Of a DNA stretch of 64,000 nt, positions 37,486-49,565 are shown in pieces (position 1 is the stretch's first letter; each line of letters opens with the position of its first letter). Under the pieces are notes generated by a model. The model did no database searches and had not been told where the DNA came from. It was given only the letters and a program-made list of their open reading frames with translations. The stretch comes from Leucoraja ocellata. Its lineage: Eukaryota. The position numbers were made by a program, and so were the translations under genes. The stretch is from positions 310,001 to 374,000 of the forward strand of contig JAWMAR010000710.1 in assembly GCA_036785375.1 (NCBI GenBank), given 5' to 3'.

Positions 37486-40400
37486 CAACAATATTTTCAT
37501 TTTCAAACCATATTAAGGGCACTCACAGTTCAGTAGACATGTGTTCAGTGTTATTCAGAGCTCAGAGAGACGTGACCCTCTGGCTTCCTCCATCTTGCAG
37601 AGTGAGTGAGGCACACCACTTCCTGGTTTTATAGTCCCTCCCCCTCCCTCCCGCAGGGGCAGCAGAGAGAATGGCGATTAAAAAAAAAAAACACTCATAT
37701 CTCTCAGATTTTTCATCGATGTGAAAAATCCTCTGGTCCAGGAAGGCGGAGGGGGGTTCTGAGCGAGATGGCCAAAAATGACGGCTGTATGTCGTGGCGT
37801 TCTCGCGGAAATCACAGTACAATGAGACAAAAGCAGTCAAGATCAGACTTTTAGTAATATAGATATGGGCCAAACGCGTGTGAGTGGGACTAGTTTAGAT
37901 GGGACATGTTGGTCTGTGTGGACAAGTTGGGCTGAAGGGCCTGTTTCCACACTGCATCATTCTATGACTAAAAAGTTACGAAGAAAAATGCATGTAGATA
38001 AGTAGAGCAGATTTGGTAGACGAGTGAAATGTAAAGGCAGAGAGAGGTTTATAGGTGGAAAGGAACATAAGAAAGGAGGGGGGAGAGTGGGCTTGGGCAG
38101 ATGGGTGAAGGGAAAATAGACACAAAATGCTGGGGTAACTCAGTGGGTCAGGCAGCATCTGCGGAGAATATGAATAGGCAACGTTTCACAGAGTGCTGGA
38201 GTAACTCAGCGGGTTAGACAGAATCTCTGGAGAACATGGATAGATGACATGTCACAGAGTGCTGGAGTAACTCAGTGTGTCAGGCAGCATATCTGGAGAT
38301 TATATTTCGGGTCAAGACCGTTCTTCAGTAATATTCATGATGAGGTATGCATTGACATTCCTGAATGTTACCCAAACCATTGTGAGCTACTTTGTTACGG
38401 TGCTTGCCCTCTCCTATAATGTCTCTGCTGCCTTGGGCAATGCAGGACAGGACGCAAGCTTTGGGACATGGTGTGAAGCTGTTGCAGTCTGTCCCAGCCT
38501 GGTAAAAACCTGGATGGAGTGGATGTGGAGAGGATGTTTCCACTAGTGGGAGCGTCTAGGACCAGTAGCCACAGCCTCGGAATTAAAAGACATTCCTTTA
38601 GGAATGAGATGAGCAGGAATTTCTTAAGTCAAAGGGTGGTGAACTGTGGAATTCATTGCCACAGACAGCTGTGGAGGTCAAGTCAATGGACATTTTTCAG
38701 GAGGAGATTGATAGATTCTTGATTGATACGGGTGTCAGAGGTAATGGGGAGAAGGCAGGAAAATGTGTTTGAGAGGGAAAGATAGATAGAGCCATAGTGT
38801 AATACAGTGTGGAAATAGGCCCTTCGGCCCAGCATGTCCCATCTACACCAGTCCCACCTGCCCACGTTTGATCCATACCTCTCCAAACCTGTCCTACCTG
38901 TCTAACTGTTTCTTAAATGTTACGATAGTTCCCACCACAACTATCTCCTCTGGCAGCTTGTTCCCCTTGTGTGAAAAACATACCCCACAGATTCCTATTA
39001 AATCTTTTACTGTTCACTTTAAACTTACGTCCTCTGCACCTCGATTCAACTACTCTGGGCAAAAGACAACAATATCTATTCAAATCATGATTTTATACAC
39101 CTCTATTAGATCATCCCTCATCCTCTTGTGTGCTCCATGAAATAGAGTCCCAGCCTACTCAACCTCTCCCTATAGCTCTGGCCCTCTAGTCCTGGCAACA
39201 TCCTCGTACATCTTCACTGTACCCTTTCCAGTTTGATGACATCTTTCCTATAACATGGTGCCCAGAACTGAATACAATACTCTGAATGTGGCCTCACTAC
39301 CTTCTTATGCAACTGCAACATGACCTCCCAACCTCTATACTCAGCCTGATCCGCTGTGTTACTCCAGCACTCGGTGAAACATCAGAGAACAGGGCAAGAT
39401 TAGCAAGTTAGCTGATGATACAGATATGAGTGGTTTTGCATATAGTGAAAATGGTTGTGAAAGATTGCAGCAGGAACTGGATCAATTAGATGGTGGGCAG
39501 AGGAATGGTTGATGGTTGCATGGTTCCTTGAAGGTTGTGTCGCAGGTATATCAGGTGGTCAAAGCGTACTTTGGCACTTTGGCCTTCGTCAGTCAGAGTA
39601 TTGAGTATAGAAGTTGTGAGATCATGTTGCAGTTGTATAAGACGTTGGTGAGACCACATTTAGAATATTGTGTTCAGTTCTGGGCATCATGTTATAGGAA
39701 AGATGTCAAATTGAAAAGAGTACAGAGATCCCCATCCTGGATCAGTCCAATCAGGGTTGTGTCATCTGCAAACTTGAGAAGCTTGACAGGTGTCTGTGGA
39801 GGTGCAGTCATTGGTGTGGCGAGAGTAGAGGAGAGGGGAGAGTACGCATCTTGCGCTGCTCCTTTGCTGAGCGTTTGTGGGTCCGAGATGTGCTTTCCCG
39901 TCTCACATGCTGTATCCTGTCAGTCAGAAAGCTGGTGATCCACCGACAGAGGGGTTCAAGCACAATCAACTCAGAAAGTTTGGAGCGTAGTAGCTCTGGC
40001 ACAATGGTGTTGAATGCAGAGCTAAAATAAACAAACAAAATCCTCGGAAATAGGTCCCCTGGCAGTCTAGGTGCTGGAGGATGAAGCATAGGCCCAGATT
40101 GACTGCATCATCCACAGATCTATTGGCCCAATATGCAAACTGCAGAGGGTCCAGCAGAGGGATTGTGATGTTTTTCAGCTTGGCCAGCACAAGCCTTTCA
40201 ACGGTCTCCATGACTACAGAGGTCAGTGCGACAAGCCTGTAATCTTTAAGACCAGTAATCCTTACCTTTTGGGTACAGGGACAATAGTGGAGACTTTGAA
40301 GCAGGCAGGGTCAGTGCATCTTTGCAGGTACTGGTTAAAAGTTAGTAATTGGGTGTGAAGTGTTGGTGGGGATGGAAAAGGGTCCACCCTTTTCATTACT

Positions 40401-40983
40401 GGAGTCTTGCCAGGTGTGAGGTGGTGAATGGAAAGGAGAGGGTACAGGGTCCATTCTTTGCAGGCTGTATTTGGTGGCTAGGGGGTACCAGGGTTACGTT
40501 TCTGATTTTCAAACCTGCAGTAAAACTAATTCAGGCAGTTCGTCAGCTGATGATTGTCCAAAGAGTGGGGGGCTTTCCTCTAATAGCTGGTGATTTCTTG
40601 CATGCCCATCCAAACTGAAGAAGAGTCACTAGCTGAGAACTTGCTCCTCAACTTCTCAGAGTGCCTTTCCTTGGCAGCTCCGATTCCTCTTCTCAGCTCT
40701 TCATCGATTAAGCTATCTTTTAACTCTTTAACAATTAGGCTATTGGCTTGATGCATATTTGCCCCCACCCCCACCCACCCCCCCCCCCCCCCCACCCCCC
40801 ACCCCCACCCCCAATATGGAGGAGAAAATATTATAGCTCTAAAATCTACCTTAATTTTGCAATCTCACTAAAGATAATCCCCCATTCCCTCTTCCCTCCA
40901 CATCTCTCTCTCTCCTCCCTACCCCTCTCTCTCTCCCCCTCCCACATCCCCTCATCTTTCTGGCGTGAGAGAGACGAAGATGA

Positions 40984-41728
40984 AGGTGGCGTGGGCCCAA
41001 CTGGGGTGGCGTTGGCCCAGTAGGAGTCAGCTGGGGTGGCGTGGGTCCAGTGGGGGTCAGCGGGGGTGGTGTGGGCCCATTGGGGTTCAGCGGGGGTGGT
41101 GTGGGCCCAGCGGGGGTGGCTTGGGCCCAGTGGGGGGGCATTGGCCCAGTGGGGGTGGCTTGGGCCCAGTGGGGGTGGCTTGGGCCCAGTGGGGGTGGCT
41201 TGGGCCCAGCAGGGGGTGGCTTGGGCCCAGCAGGGGATGGCTTGGGCCCAGCAGGGGGTGGCTTGGACCCAGCAGGGGGTCAGCAGGGGTGGCATGGACC
41301 CATTGGGGGTCAGTGGGGGTGGCGTGGGCCCAACGAGGGTGGTATGGGCCCAGCAGGGGTGGCTTGGGCCCAGTGGGGGTGGCTTGGGTCCAGCACGGGT
41401 GGTGTGGGCCCAGCGGGGGTGGCTTGGGCCCAACGGAGGTGGCTTGGGACCAGCGAGTGTGGGTTGGGCCCAGCAAGGGTGGCTTGTGCCCAGCGGGGGT
41501 GGCGTGGGCCCAGCGGTGGTGGCGTGGGCCCTGCGGGGGTCAGCAGGGGTGGCATGGACCCATTGGGGGGTCAGTGAGTGTGGCGTGGGCCCAACGGGGG
41601 TGGTATGGGCCCAGCGGGGGGTGGCTTGGACCCAGAGGGGGTGGCCTGGGCCCAGCAGGGGTGGTGTGGGCCCTGCGAGGGTGGCTTGGGCCCAGTGGGG
41701 GTGGTTTGGGCCCAGCGGGGGTGGCGTG
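40984..41728. repeat. Same ~20-bp minisatellite, expanded array
   Basis: About twice the length of the copy-1 array, at the equivalent position of composite copy 2. Confidence 0.92.
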
Positions 41729-42194
41729 GTGTTGGGGTTACAGCCCAAGGGGAGCGGGCCCTGCCACAGCAGCGCTGGTGTTAGGGTTACAGCCGCTGGG
41801 TTCAGATTCAGCCACTCCCGCCCGGCGAGGGAAGGACGGTCTCTCCCTTATCCAGGGCCAGAAATTTTTTTTTTTTTTCTCTTCCCCCTTGGGATTTTTT
41901 CTTACTCTGTGGGGAAAAAAGGGGGGTGCGGTCACACCCAACGCACCCCTCCTTCGGATGGCCATGGGGCAGCTTGGTGGAAGATCTTTGCCATGACACC
42001 CAAACTGTGGACCTTAAAGGTCTCAAAAGTAGTGAAAAATCACCTTAAAAATAGTTGTACAAGTTTCTTTCACCTGTTTTGTGCCGTAAAACATTACAGT
42101 GCTTGTAGCATCCACAATAACTTCACCAAAGGCTGCCATGCGAGAACAGAAGACGTGAGGGAGGGAATACTGATGTCTTCACCTTGTCTGACCA

Positions 42195-42820
42195 TGGTGA
42201 CGCAGTAGTAGGGTTGCTGCCTTACAGCGTCAGGGACCCAGGTTCAATCCTGACTACAGATGCTGTCTGTATGGAGTTTGTACCTTCATCCCATCACCTA
42301 CATGGGTTTTCTCCAGGATTTCTGGTTTTCTCCCAAATTCCAAAGACGTACAAAACCAGCAGGATGCTCCTCAGCTTCTTCCCGCAGGCTATAAGACTGA
42401 TAAACGGACTTAGCCCCCTGCCAAAGTATCGCGCACCAACCATCAACCTGGACACACTGCAGCAGCTGTCGATCGGAACGCCTGTTGATGTTTAGTAGAG
42501 AGTAGAGTGTTTAATTTAATTTGTTCATGATATATGTATTTTTATTTCTATTTACTTGTTGTTATTTGTACTGCACACTGAATGGACACTGGTTGAGCAA
42601 CGGTTTTTTGTTTCCTCTGGTATGTGAGTACTCAGGAAATGACAATAAAGATATACTGATACTGATACTGATACTGAAGTTTGTAGGTTAATAGGCTTGG
42701 TTTAATTGTATGTTGTCCCTGGTGTGTGTGGGATAGTGTTAGTGCACGGGAATCGCTGGTCGGTGTGGACTCGGCGACCCGAAGGGCCTGTTTCCGCACT
42801 ATATCTCTAAACTAAAATAA
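42195..42820 (+). mobile_element. tRNA-derived SINE interrupted by a Rex1-like 3' end with (ATACTG)n tail (~42352-42676)
   Basis: A-box/B-box-like head (ggtgacgcagtagtag...ggttcaatcc) and CR1-like tail gaagggcctgtttcc...taaactaaa. Confidence 0.7.
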
Positions 42821-43554
42821 ACACACCCTTTTCTCCCATTCCCACCCATCCATTAATCCCTGCCCATCATGTGGCCCCCAAGCCTCGGTGAAAGACATTT
42901 TGTATAATGCTGACAGAAGGCAAAGCACTGATCCCTACTGGAAACACCCAGGCACAAAGAAACAATCTCCACCACACATCGATCAATGAAGAGTCGGTGA
43001 AGCACAGTGGAATGTATCAATGTCCCAACAGGAACACTTTAATTCCTCCCAGATAATGACATCATGCAATCATAGAATTGTGAAATGGTTGTAGCACATA
43101 AGGTGGCAATTTTACCCATCATATCTACACTAACTCTCATCCAGAGCAACTCGCTAATTCTACCCCCTCTCCTTTTGCCATTAGATTGTAGCTTTTTCAG
43201 CGCTATATATTTATTCAATTCTCTTTGGAAAGCCACAATAGAACCCAGCTCCCCAACTGATACAGATAGTACACTTCAGACTCCAACTACCTGTTCCCTA
43301 AAAAGATTTTCCTCAAGTCATTCTAAAATGTTTCCCCCTTATTTTAAACCTATAACTTTTTGTCCTCAGCCTTTCCACTGAAGGGAGCATCCTTCCACAA
43401 TCCATTCTGTTCAGACTGAATAAATGATGCATTGTTGTGATGAAAGAACATTATTGACTCTTGTCCTTAAACTCTCTCTTCAGTGTGCCATTGTGATAAC
43501 TGGACAGAGAACAGCCATAAAAAGAATATCAATGATTACCAGCCATGTTTACAG

Positions 43555-43836
43555 CTTAGTTTAGAGATACAGCGCGGAAACAGGCCCTTCGGCCCACCGG
43601 GTTTGCACTAACCAGCAATCCCCACATATTAACACTATCCTACACCCACTGGGGACAATTTTTACATTTACCAAGCCAATTAACCTACAAACCTGTACGT
43701 CTTTGTAGTGTGGGAGGAATCCGAAGATCTTGGAGAAAACTCACGCAGGTCCCGGGGAGAAAGTACAGACAGCACCCAGTAGTTTGGATCGAACCAGGGT
43801 CTCCAGCACTGCATTCACTGTAAGGCAGCAACTCTC
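43555..43836 (-). mobile_element. tRNA-derived SINE
   Basis: Reverse complement of the same SINE family (B box ggttcgatcc, tail ctaaactaa). Related copies lie at ~7380-7650 and ~23560-23870. Confidence 0.75.
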
Positions 43837-44663
43837 CATCATTTGGTCTACTTGCAGACTGGGTGTTGAGCTGTCCTTAGAGGGCCAGAGATAATAATCA
43901 GTGAGTGAATAGATTTATTGGTGTGTGGAATTAATGCATGGATCAACCATCTCCAATTTTGCACTAAAAACACATGATGATGTGTTCATTAGGATTGCAA
44001 TAATAGTGCGTTCAACCTCATTGACATCAGTAGGCAATGGTTACATGCACAGTACAGTTTTAGTACTTGAAGACCAAAAATAATTTTAGGAGTTGAAAAT
44101 CTGAATTATCATAATAATCAGCAGGACAGATAGGAACTGTGCAAAGAGGAGCAAGCCAAACGTCCGTTCTTTGAATCTGACAACTTTTTTTCATCATAAA
44201 ACATGAACTCACTTATTTCCCTTTCCATGGGTACTGCTCAAATGGTTGAGTATTTCTAACGTTTATAGTTTTTGTGCTCCTGGTTAGAGAGGATTGAAGT
44301 TCACGGTCAATATCCTCTCTGTTTTCAGCATTGCTCATTCAACCATTGTTGCTGGCTCAGACTATGGTAGACATTTATCCATTGTACAGTGGGAAGTATC
44401 ACAGCTGAATCAGCAACTTTATCAGCCAACCATCAGCTCCCATCTCCTGCATGAGGAAGTCAGCTAATTGTAACCAAGAAATAGAAACTTGTGTGAATGT
44501 TTATAGTCTCTAACTGATGGGTACTGAGGCAAGTTGTGGCTCTCTGATCTTTCTGAGTCAGGTCAATTAATCTGGAAAAAAAAGACGTAATGTGCTGGAG
44601 TAACTCAACGGGTCAGGTGGAATCTCTATAGAACATGGATAGGTGAGGTTTTGGGTCGGCACC

Positions 44664-45090
44664 CAAGTCAAGTCAAGTCAAGTTTATTTGTCACATACAC
44701 ATACGAGATGTGCAGTGAAATGAAAGTGGCGATGCTCGCGGACTTTTGTGCAAAAAGACAAACAACCAAACAAGCTATAAACACAATCATAACACACATA
44801 TTCTATTACATAATAAATAATGGAAGGAAAAACGTTCAGTAGAGTTAGTCCCTGGTGAGATAGGCGTTTACAGTCCGAATGGCCTCTGGGAATAAACTCC
44901 TTCTCAACCTCTCCGTTCTCACCGCATGGCAACGGAGGCGTTTGCCTGACCGTAGCAGCTGGAACAGTCTGTTGCAGGGGTGGAAGGGGTCTCTCATGAT
45001 ATTGTTGGCTCTGGAGTTGCACCTCCTGATGTATAGTTCCTGCAGGGGGGGCGAGTGAAGTTCCCATAGTGCGTTCGGCCGAACACACTA
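44664..45090 (-). mobile_element. Rex1/Babar 3' fragment with (CTTGA)n tail
   Basis: caagt microsatellite tail and the HP...LFQLL(R)SG(K)RLR-type C-terminus on the - strand. Confidence 0.75.
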
Positions 45091-45216
45091 CCCTACATCA
45101 GACTAAAGGCCTGTGACCCGAAATGTCACCTGCCTAACCAGCCGAGTTTCTCCAACACTTTTATTGCTAAACTAGCATCTTCAGTTCTTTGTGTCTCAGT
45201 TAATCTGGATCACAAG

Positions 45217-46342
45217 TGTAGGGGTTTTGCGTTTCCTTTTATTTCACTTCGGGCCCAACTGCCCGAGTTATTCTCTCCCTTGTCGGAGGGTCAAACGGCC
45301 ACCACTCCACTCGAGCGGTTTCCAAGAGAGAGAATACAACAAAAGGGATTCCCCTAGTTCTAGACCTCGGAATTATGGTGGGATATGATAAAAGGTTGAA
45401 TTGACCAGAGTGTGCTGATGAGGGAAAACAGAAACCAAGATGGACTCAAAGCAAGTCTAAAATTTACAGGCTTTATTAAACAATAAGAAATCGAATCTCA
45501 CCAACACTACATAATACGTGGCTAAACTTATGCTTTAAACTAAGACTATGGACGGAAAACTATCGGGCACGTCGTAAAACTTACTTTACACAATTTTACC
45601 CCCCTTTCCCTTTATCTTCTCAACATCTATCCTATTTCGGGAATTTCACCAGGTCACTGGGGTACTTACAGTTGGGCTCACAAGCCGTCCAGCAGAGCAG
45701 AGAGAGAGCCTTAAAGTTGGGCTCACGAGCCGTCCAGCAGAGCAGAAAGAGAGACTTATAGTTGGGCTCACAAGCCGTCCAGAAGAGCAGAAAGAGAGAC
45801 TTACAGTTGGGCTCACCAGCCGCCCAGCAGAGCAGAAAGAGAGAAAGAGTTCTGGCTTGACTCCTGTTTTATACCTGAGCTTCCTTTGAAACCCCCAGGT
45901 GGTCCTCTGGATAAAAGGGTTATTTTGATGATTCCCAGTTTCGATCTGGCATGAACAATAGGCTTCCGATGATAAGGGGTTTGCTGATGTCATGATCCCT
46001 TAGCCTGATCATTATCCCATCGCCTGGATGGGCTCCTATTGTCTCGATGGATGGGTCGTCCAAGATGGTGATTGAGCTTGGGCTGGCCTGTTTACCACCG
46101 TCTGCTGAGGCTGGTTCCTTCCTTTGTTTATCCAAGATGATCTCATTATCTCTGTCTCAGCCCTTCCTGTCCACATCATTCGCATAGTTGTGTGATGCCC
46201 AAATCCACAGGCCAGTCAGGTTTGAATCTTTCTGTGGATTGGGGTTTTTTCCGTTGCAGCCAGCAAATCTGTCTTTTTAAAATATCCATGTCCTTATCCG
46301 AGTTCTTCCATAATTTTGGAGGATTTGCCCCAATAACTTACA
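45217..46342 (-). mobile_element. Solo LTR (ERV/Gypsy-type), 1126 bp, with internal 45-bp x4 tandem repeat (45671-45850)
   Basis: TGTAG...TTACA termini, 4-bp TSD caag (45213-45216 / 46343-46346), TATAAAA and AATAAA on the - strand. Confidence 0.88.
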
Positions 46343-46466
46343 CAAGTTAAACTCAAGACTTCTGATCAAAATTAGTCAGTGTGGTTAATGCCTGGTCATT
46401 GGAGGAGCTATTGAATGATGTCCATTTATTCTACAAATGTGAACTCTGTGTTTATTATTTTGACAG

Positions 46467-46574
46467 AGAATTACACCATTATATTCACCATTGTTGTAAT
46501 TATCGGGAGTCTGGCTGTTCTCCTCGTCATTATACTGGCAGTGGTGTTCTGTCAAAGAAAACGCAAGCCTACAG
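46467..46574 (+). CDS. Transmembrane exon: KNYTIIFTIVVIIGSLAVLLVIILAVVFCQRKRKPT
   Basis: Acceptor ttttgacag, donor AG|GTAAAG, 108 nt, phase 1-1. About 24 hydrophobic residues followed by Cys and a basic stop-transfer stretch. Confidence 0.9.
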
Positions 46575-47475
46575 GTAAAGTACATGAAGACATCCTGAAT
46601 GCAGCACAGATCCCCCAAATTATCAATGACAATGTTACCTTTGTTACAAGGAGAAAAGAACAATATATTTGGGATAAGAAAAGTATCTGTTTGTACTTAT
46701 GTTATTAAGAAATTGATTTCAGACCTTTTGTGGTCTTTTAAAACATTATTTATGCAATGTGGATTGTCCTGTCTACCTGTGTTGCCATGCGGAGAATGCT
46801 TAATGACATTAGGTGCTTTTCTGCAGTTATCTGATGCAGTTACCTCGATGAAGATGCTTTTTTTTTTTCTGTATCGTATCTCCATCTGCACTGTGGCCTA
46901 ACATTGAGGTGCTGGTGGTCCCTGTGGGGGATTGACTTTGGGAGCTCCAACCATGGGAGCCTGCGGATGTAACATCGTGGAGCTCACGGTCCCTTGGTTA
47001 GGGATTGACTTCGGGAGCTCCAAGCTGCAGGAGCTTCGACCACCCTGACCTGAAGGCTTCAATCGTCGGCTGCAGGAGCTTCTATCGCCCTGACTGCGAA
47101 TGGTTCGACTGCCCCGACCGCGGGAGAATAAAGAGTAAAGAAGATTAGACTTATTGCCTTCTATCACAGTGAAGAATGTGGAGAATCAGCTGAAGTGGAT
47201 GTTTATATTAACTTATGTGGTTGTGTGTCTTGTTGCTTTCTCTAGTATGACTATGATAAATTGAGTTTAATTGTACCTTAATTGGTGCATGTGACAATAA
47301 AATACATTTGAACCTTTGGATAAGAAAGGTTATGGTGCAATTGCAGGCAACCGGGACTAGCTTGGATGGGGCATCTTGGATGGTATAGACTAGTTGAGCT
47401 AAAGGACCCGGTTCTATGACTCTTTGACTTTATAAAAGGTGAAAACAATTTAAATGGTGTCCTCTTTCTGAACAG

Positions 47476-47574
47476 GTTTAGGCAATCAAAGTCAGAAAGC
47501 TCCACGATCAAAAAGAAAAACAGAAGGCGAATCTCACCTTTATGGCAACCCTGATGAAATTCAGCAGATGGCAG
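47476..47574 (+). CDS. Cytoplasmic exon 1: GLGNQSQKAPRSKRKTEGESHLYGNPDEIQQMA (YxN motif)
   Basis: Acceptor ctttctgaacag, donor CAG|GTAATG, 99 nt, phase 1-1, open frame. Confidence 0.8.
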
Positions 47575-48595
47575 GTAATGTGAAAACAAGAAACATAAGA
47601 GAAAATTCATAATATCTGTGTCAATTTTCTCATTCCTATTCTTTTTGCCATTAGTAATTTAAAAGTACATTTAAAATGTAGAAGAATTGTGATTTTATTT
47701 TGTTACAAACAAATCCCCTGCATAGTCCTTCTTTACAATTGTTGGTCTTATAAATGAGGAACATTCCTAAACTGAGAGCATGGGATGGTCTGATCACACA
47801 CGACCCTAAGATCACAATTGTGCCATCAAACGCTTACCCACCAAGACAGAACTCGGGGTAACGTGCCTGTCCCAGAGGTTGGTATCCGACATCCAGATTA
47901 CATTATATGTCATGTGAAGCTGGCTGAGCTTTAATTGAAGTGGCTCCTGAGAACAGTGCAGCAAAATGCAGGGAGAAACATTAGCCAATGTGTGTGGCTT
48001 TTCTCACCATTGATTCTGCCAAATGAAGGAAATTGTAGGGAACCCATCTCAAATTTAGCAGCTTTACAAAATTTGTCTCAATTTTCCATCTGCAGCATAA
48101 AAGCAGACGTCATAAATAGTAAGATTAAACGAGAACTTACCAGTTTGAAGTTTGATCTGTATTTTATGAGGAGTTACGATGAGGGATTACGTGAAGAAGC
48201 CCGCTAGGACGCATGCGTGTCATTCTTCAAAGCAGCGGTGTGAATTCACAGATAACTGTAATGACTAAACATAGTAAGATTAGAGAAGAGGTACCAGTTA
48301 AGTATATGATCAGGGTGGTAGCGGAGGGCACGTAATCCCTCATCGTAACTCCTCATAAAATACAGATCAAACTTCAAACTGGTAAGTTCTTGTTTAATCT
48401 TACTATTTTACTTCGGAGTCACGTGAGTGACTACGTGAAGATTTCAAAGCTCTGTGATTTCATGCCGTGGAAAAGAGTCCATGCACACGTCTGCCTTGAC
48501 TGTGGGAGGAATAGTGTAACATAATTGCACATGATTCGTTATTGAAATCATAAAATTTATTAACACAAATTATAACCCCATTTATGGGTTTTTAA

Positions 48596-49210
48596 TTAAT
48601 TTACAGAATTTAAATTTTTTTCTGCAAATGTTCCAGTTTTCCTCACTGGCTTATTATAAAATAACTGGAAAGTTCTTTCCCATGTCCATCCTGCTGCTTC
48701 AAGGACTTGGTCCATGGGCACATCCAGTTGTACTGCTGCCGATGTAGCTGCAGCCCTGGTGGAATGAGATTTGAACACGTTAGTATCCACCCCAGCCTGC
48801 GTCAGTACCTGTTTCAGCCATCTCGAGATCGTCTGGATCGTCACTTTTTTGTGAGGTTTTTTATGGCTGATCAGCAGTCCCTTCTCATTGCCTCTTAGGA
48901 TTTTTGTTTTCTCCATGTATAGTGATAGATGTTTAACTATATAGAGGCCGTCATCTGCAGGGTATGACCTAAATTGGATATTGAGGCCTGCTGATCCCTG
49001 TCTGTTCTGTTTTACTAGTTCGTAAATATGGAACGTAATATCGTCAGGTGAGGAGGTCATGTTGTCCAGTCTGAGTTTGTGCAGTGACTGAACCCTCTGT
49101 GCCATGACCAATGCCATTAACATGACTGTTTTAACGTTAGTCTGTGTAGGGACAGGGTAGATGCTGGTGACCAGTTCCTGAGTGCTTTCAGGACAATGCT
49201 TACATCCCAT
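48596..49210 (-). pseudogene. DIRS tyrosine recombinase C-terminal catalytic part
   Basis: AQRVQSL (catalytic R), HSTR, AGW and catalytic Y; frameshifted upstream. Confidence 0.85.
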
Positions 49211-49565
49211 ATATGGGAGTACCTGGTTTTTGGGGGGTTTGTGTTAAATATTCCCCTCATGAGCTTGGTTACCAGAGGGTGAGTCTCTACCGTGTAACGC
49301 TCTGTCCCTTGCCATAGGTATGTCGACAGGGCACTTCTGGCGCTGTTGATGGCACTGTAGCTGAACCCCTCATCATAGTGGAGGCCTGCCAGATATTCCA
49401 GAACAGATGGGATGTTGATATTTCTGTTGGTGATTTTGTTCTTATGACAGTATGTTTCCCACTTTCTGATGTAGACCAGATATTGTTTCTTGGTTGATTC
49501 TCTTTGGGCCGCCGAGATGATGTTTGCTGTTCGGTCCGTGAGTCCCAGTTGTAAAAGCGGTGTCT

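Larger units (their letters stand above)
36358..37863 (-). mobile_element. Non-autonomous Helitron, 1.5 kb
   Basis: On the - strand it begins TCTATATTACT and ends GTCTAG, lies between A and T, has a subterminal palindrome ccatgt-ac-acatgg, and is absent from composite copy 1. Confidence 0.75.
36000..41966. mobile_element. Composite non-autonomous TIR DNA transposon, copy 2 (6.0 kb), in the intron between the IgC2 and TM exons
   Basis: Colinear with copy 1 end to end, same termini, but a different flanking repeat gggca (35995-35999 / 41967-41971). Confidence 0.75.

Noticed and set aside
40846-42208. Long overlapping ORFs (300-390 aa) on both strands, and similar ones at 30940-31648
   Set aside because: Products of a stop-poor GC minisatellite; low complexity and no splice context.
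42195-42260. tRNA gene
   Set aside because: tRNA-like A/B boxes belong to a SINE head followed by SINE body and LINE-like tail; no full cloverleaf.
43484-43550. Possible stalk exon after acceptor ctctctcttcag
   Set aside because: No convincing in-phase donor; the C2 and TM exons join in frame without it.
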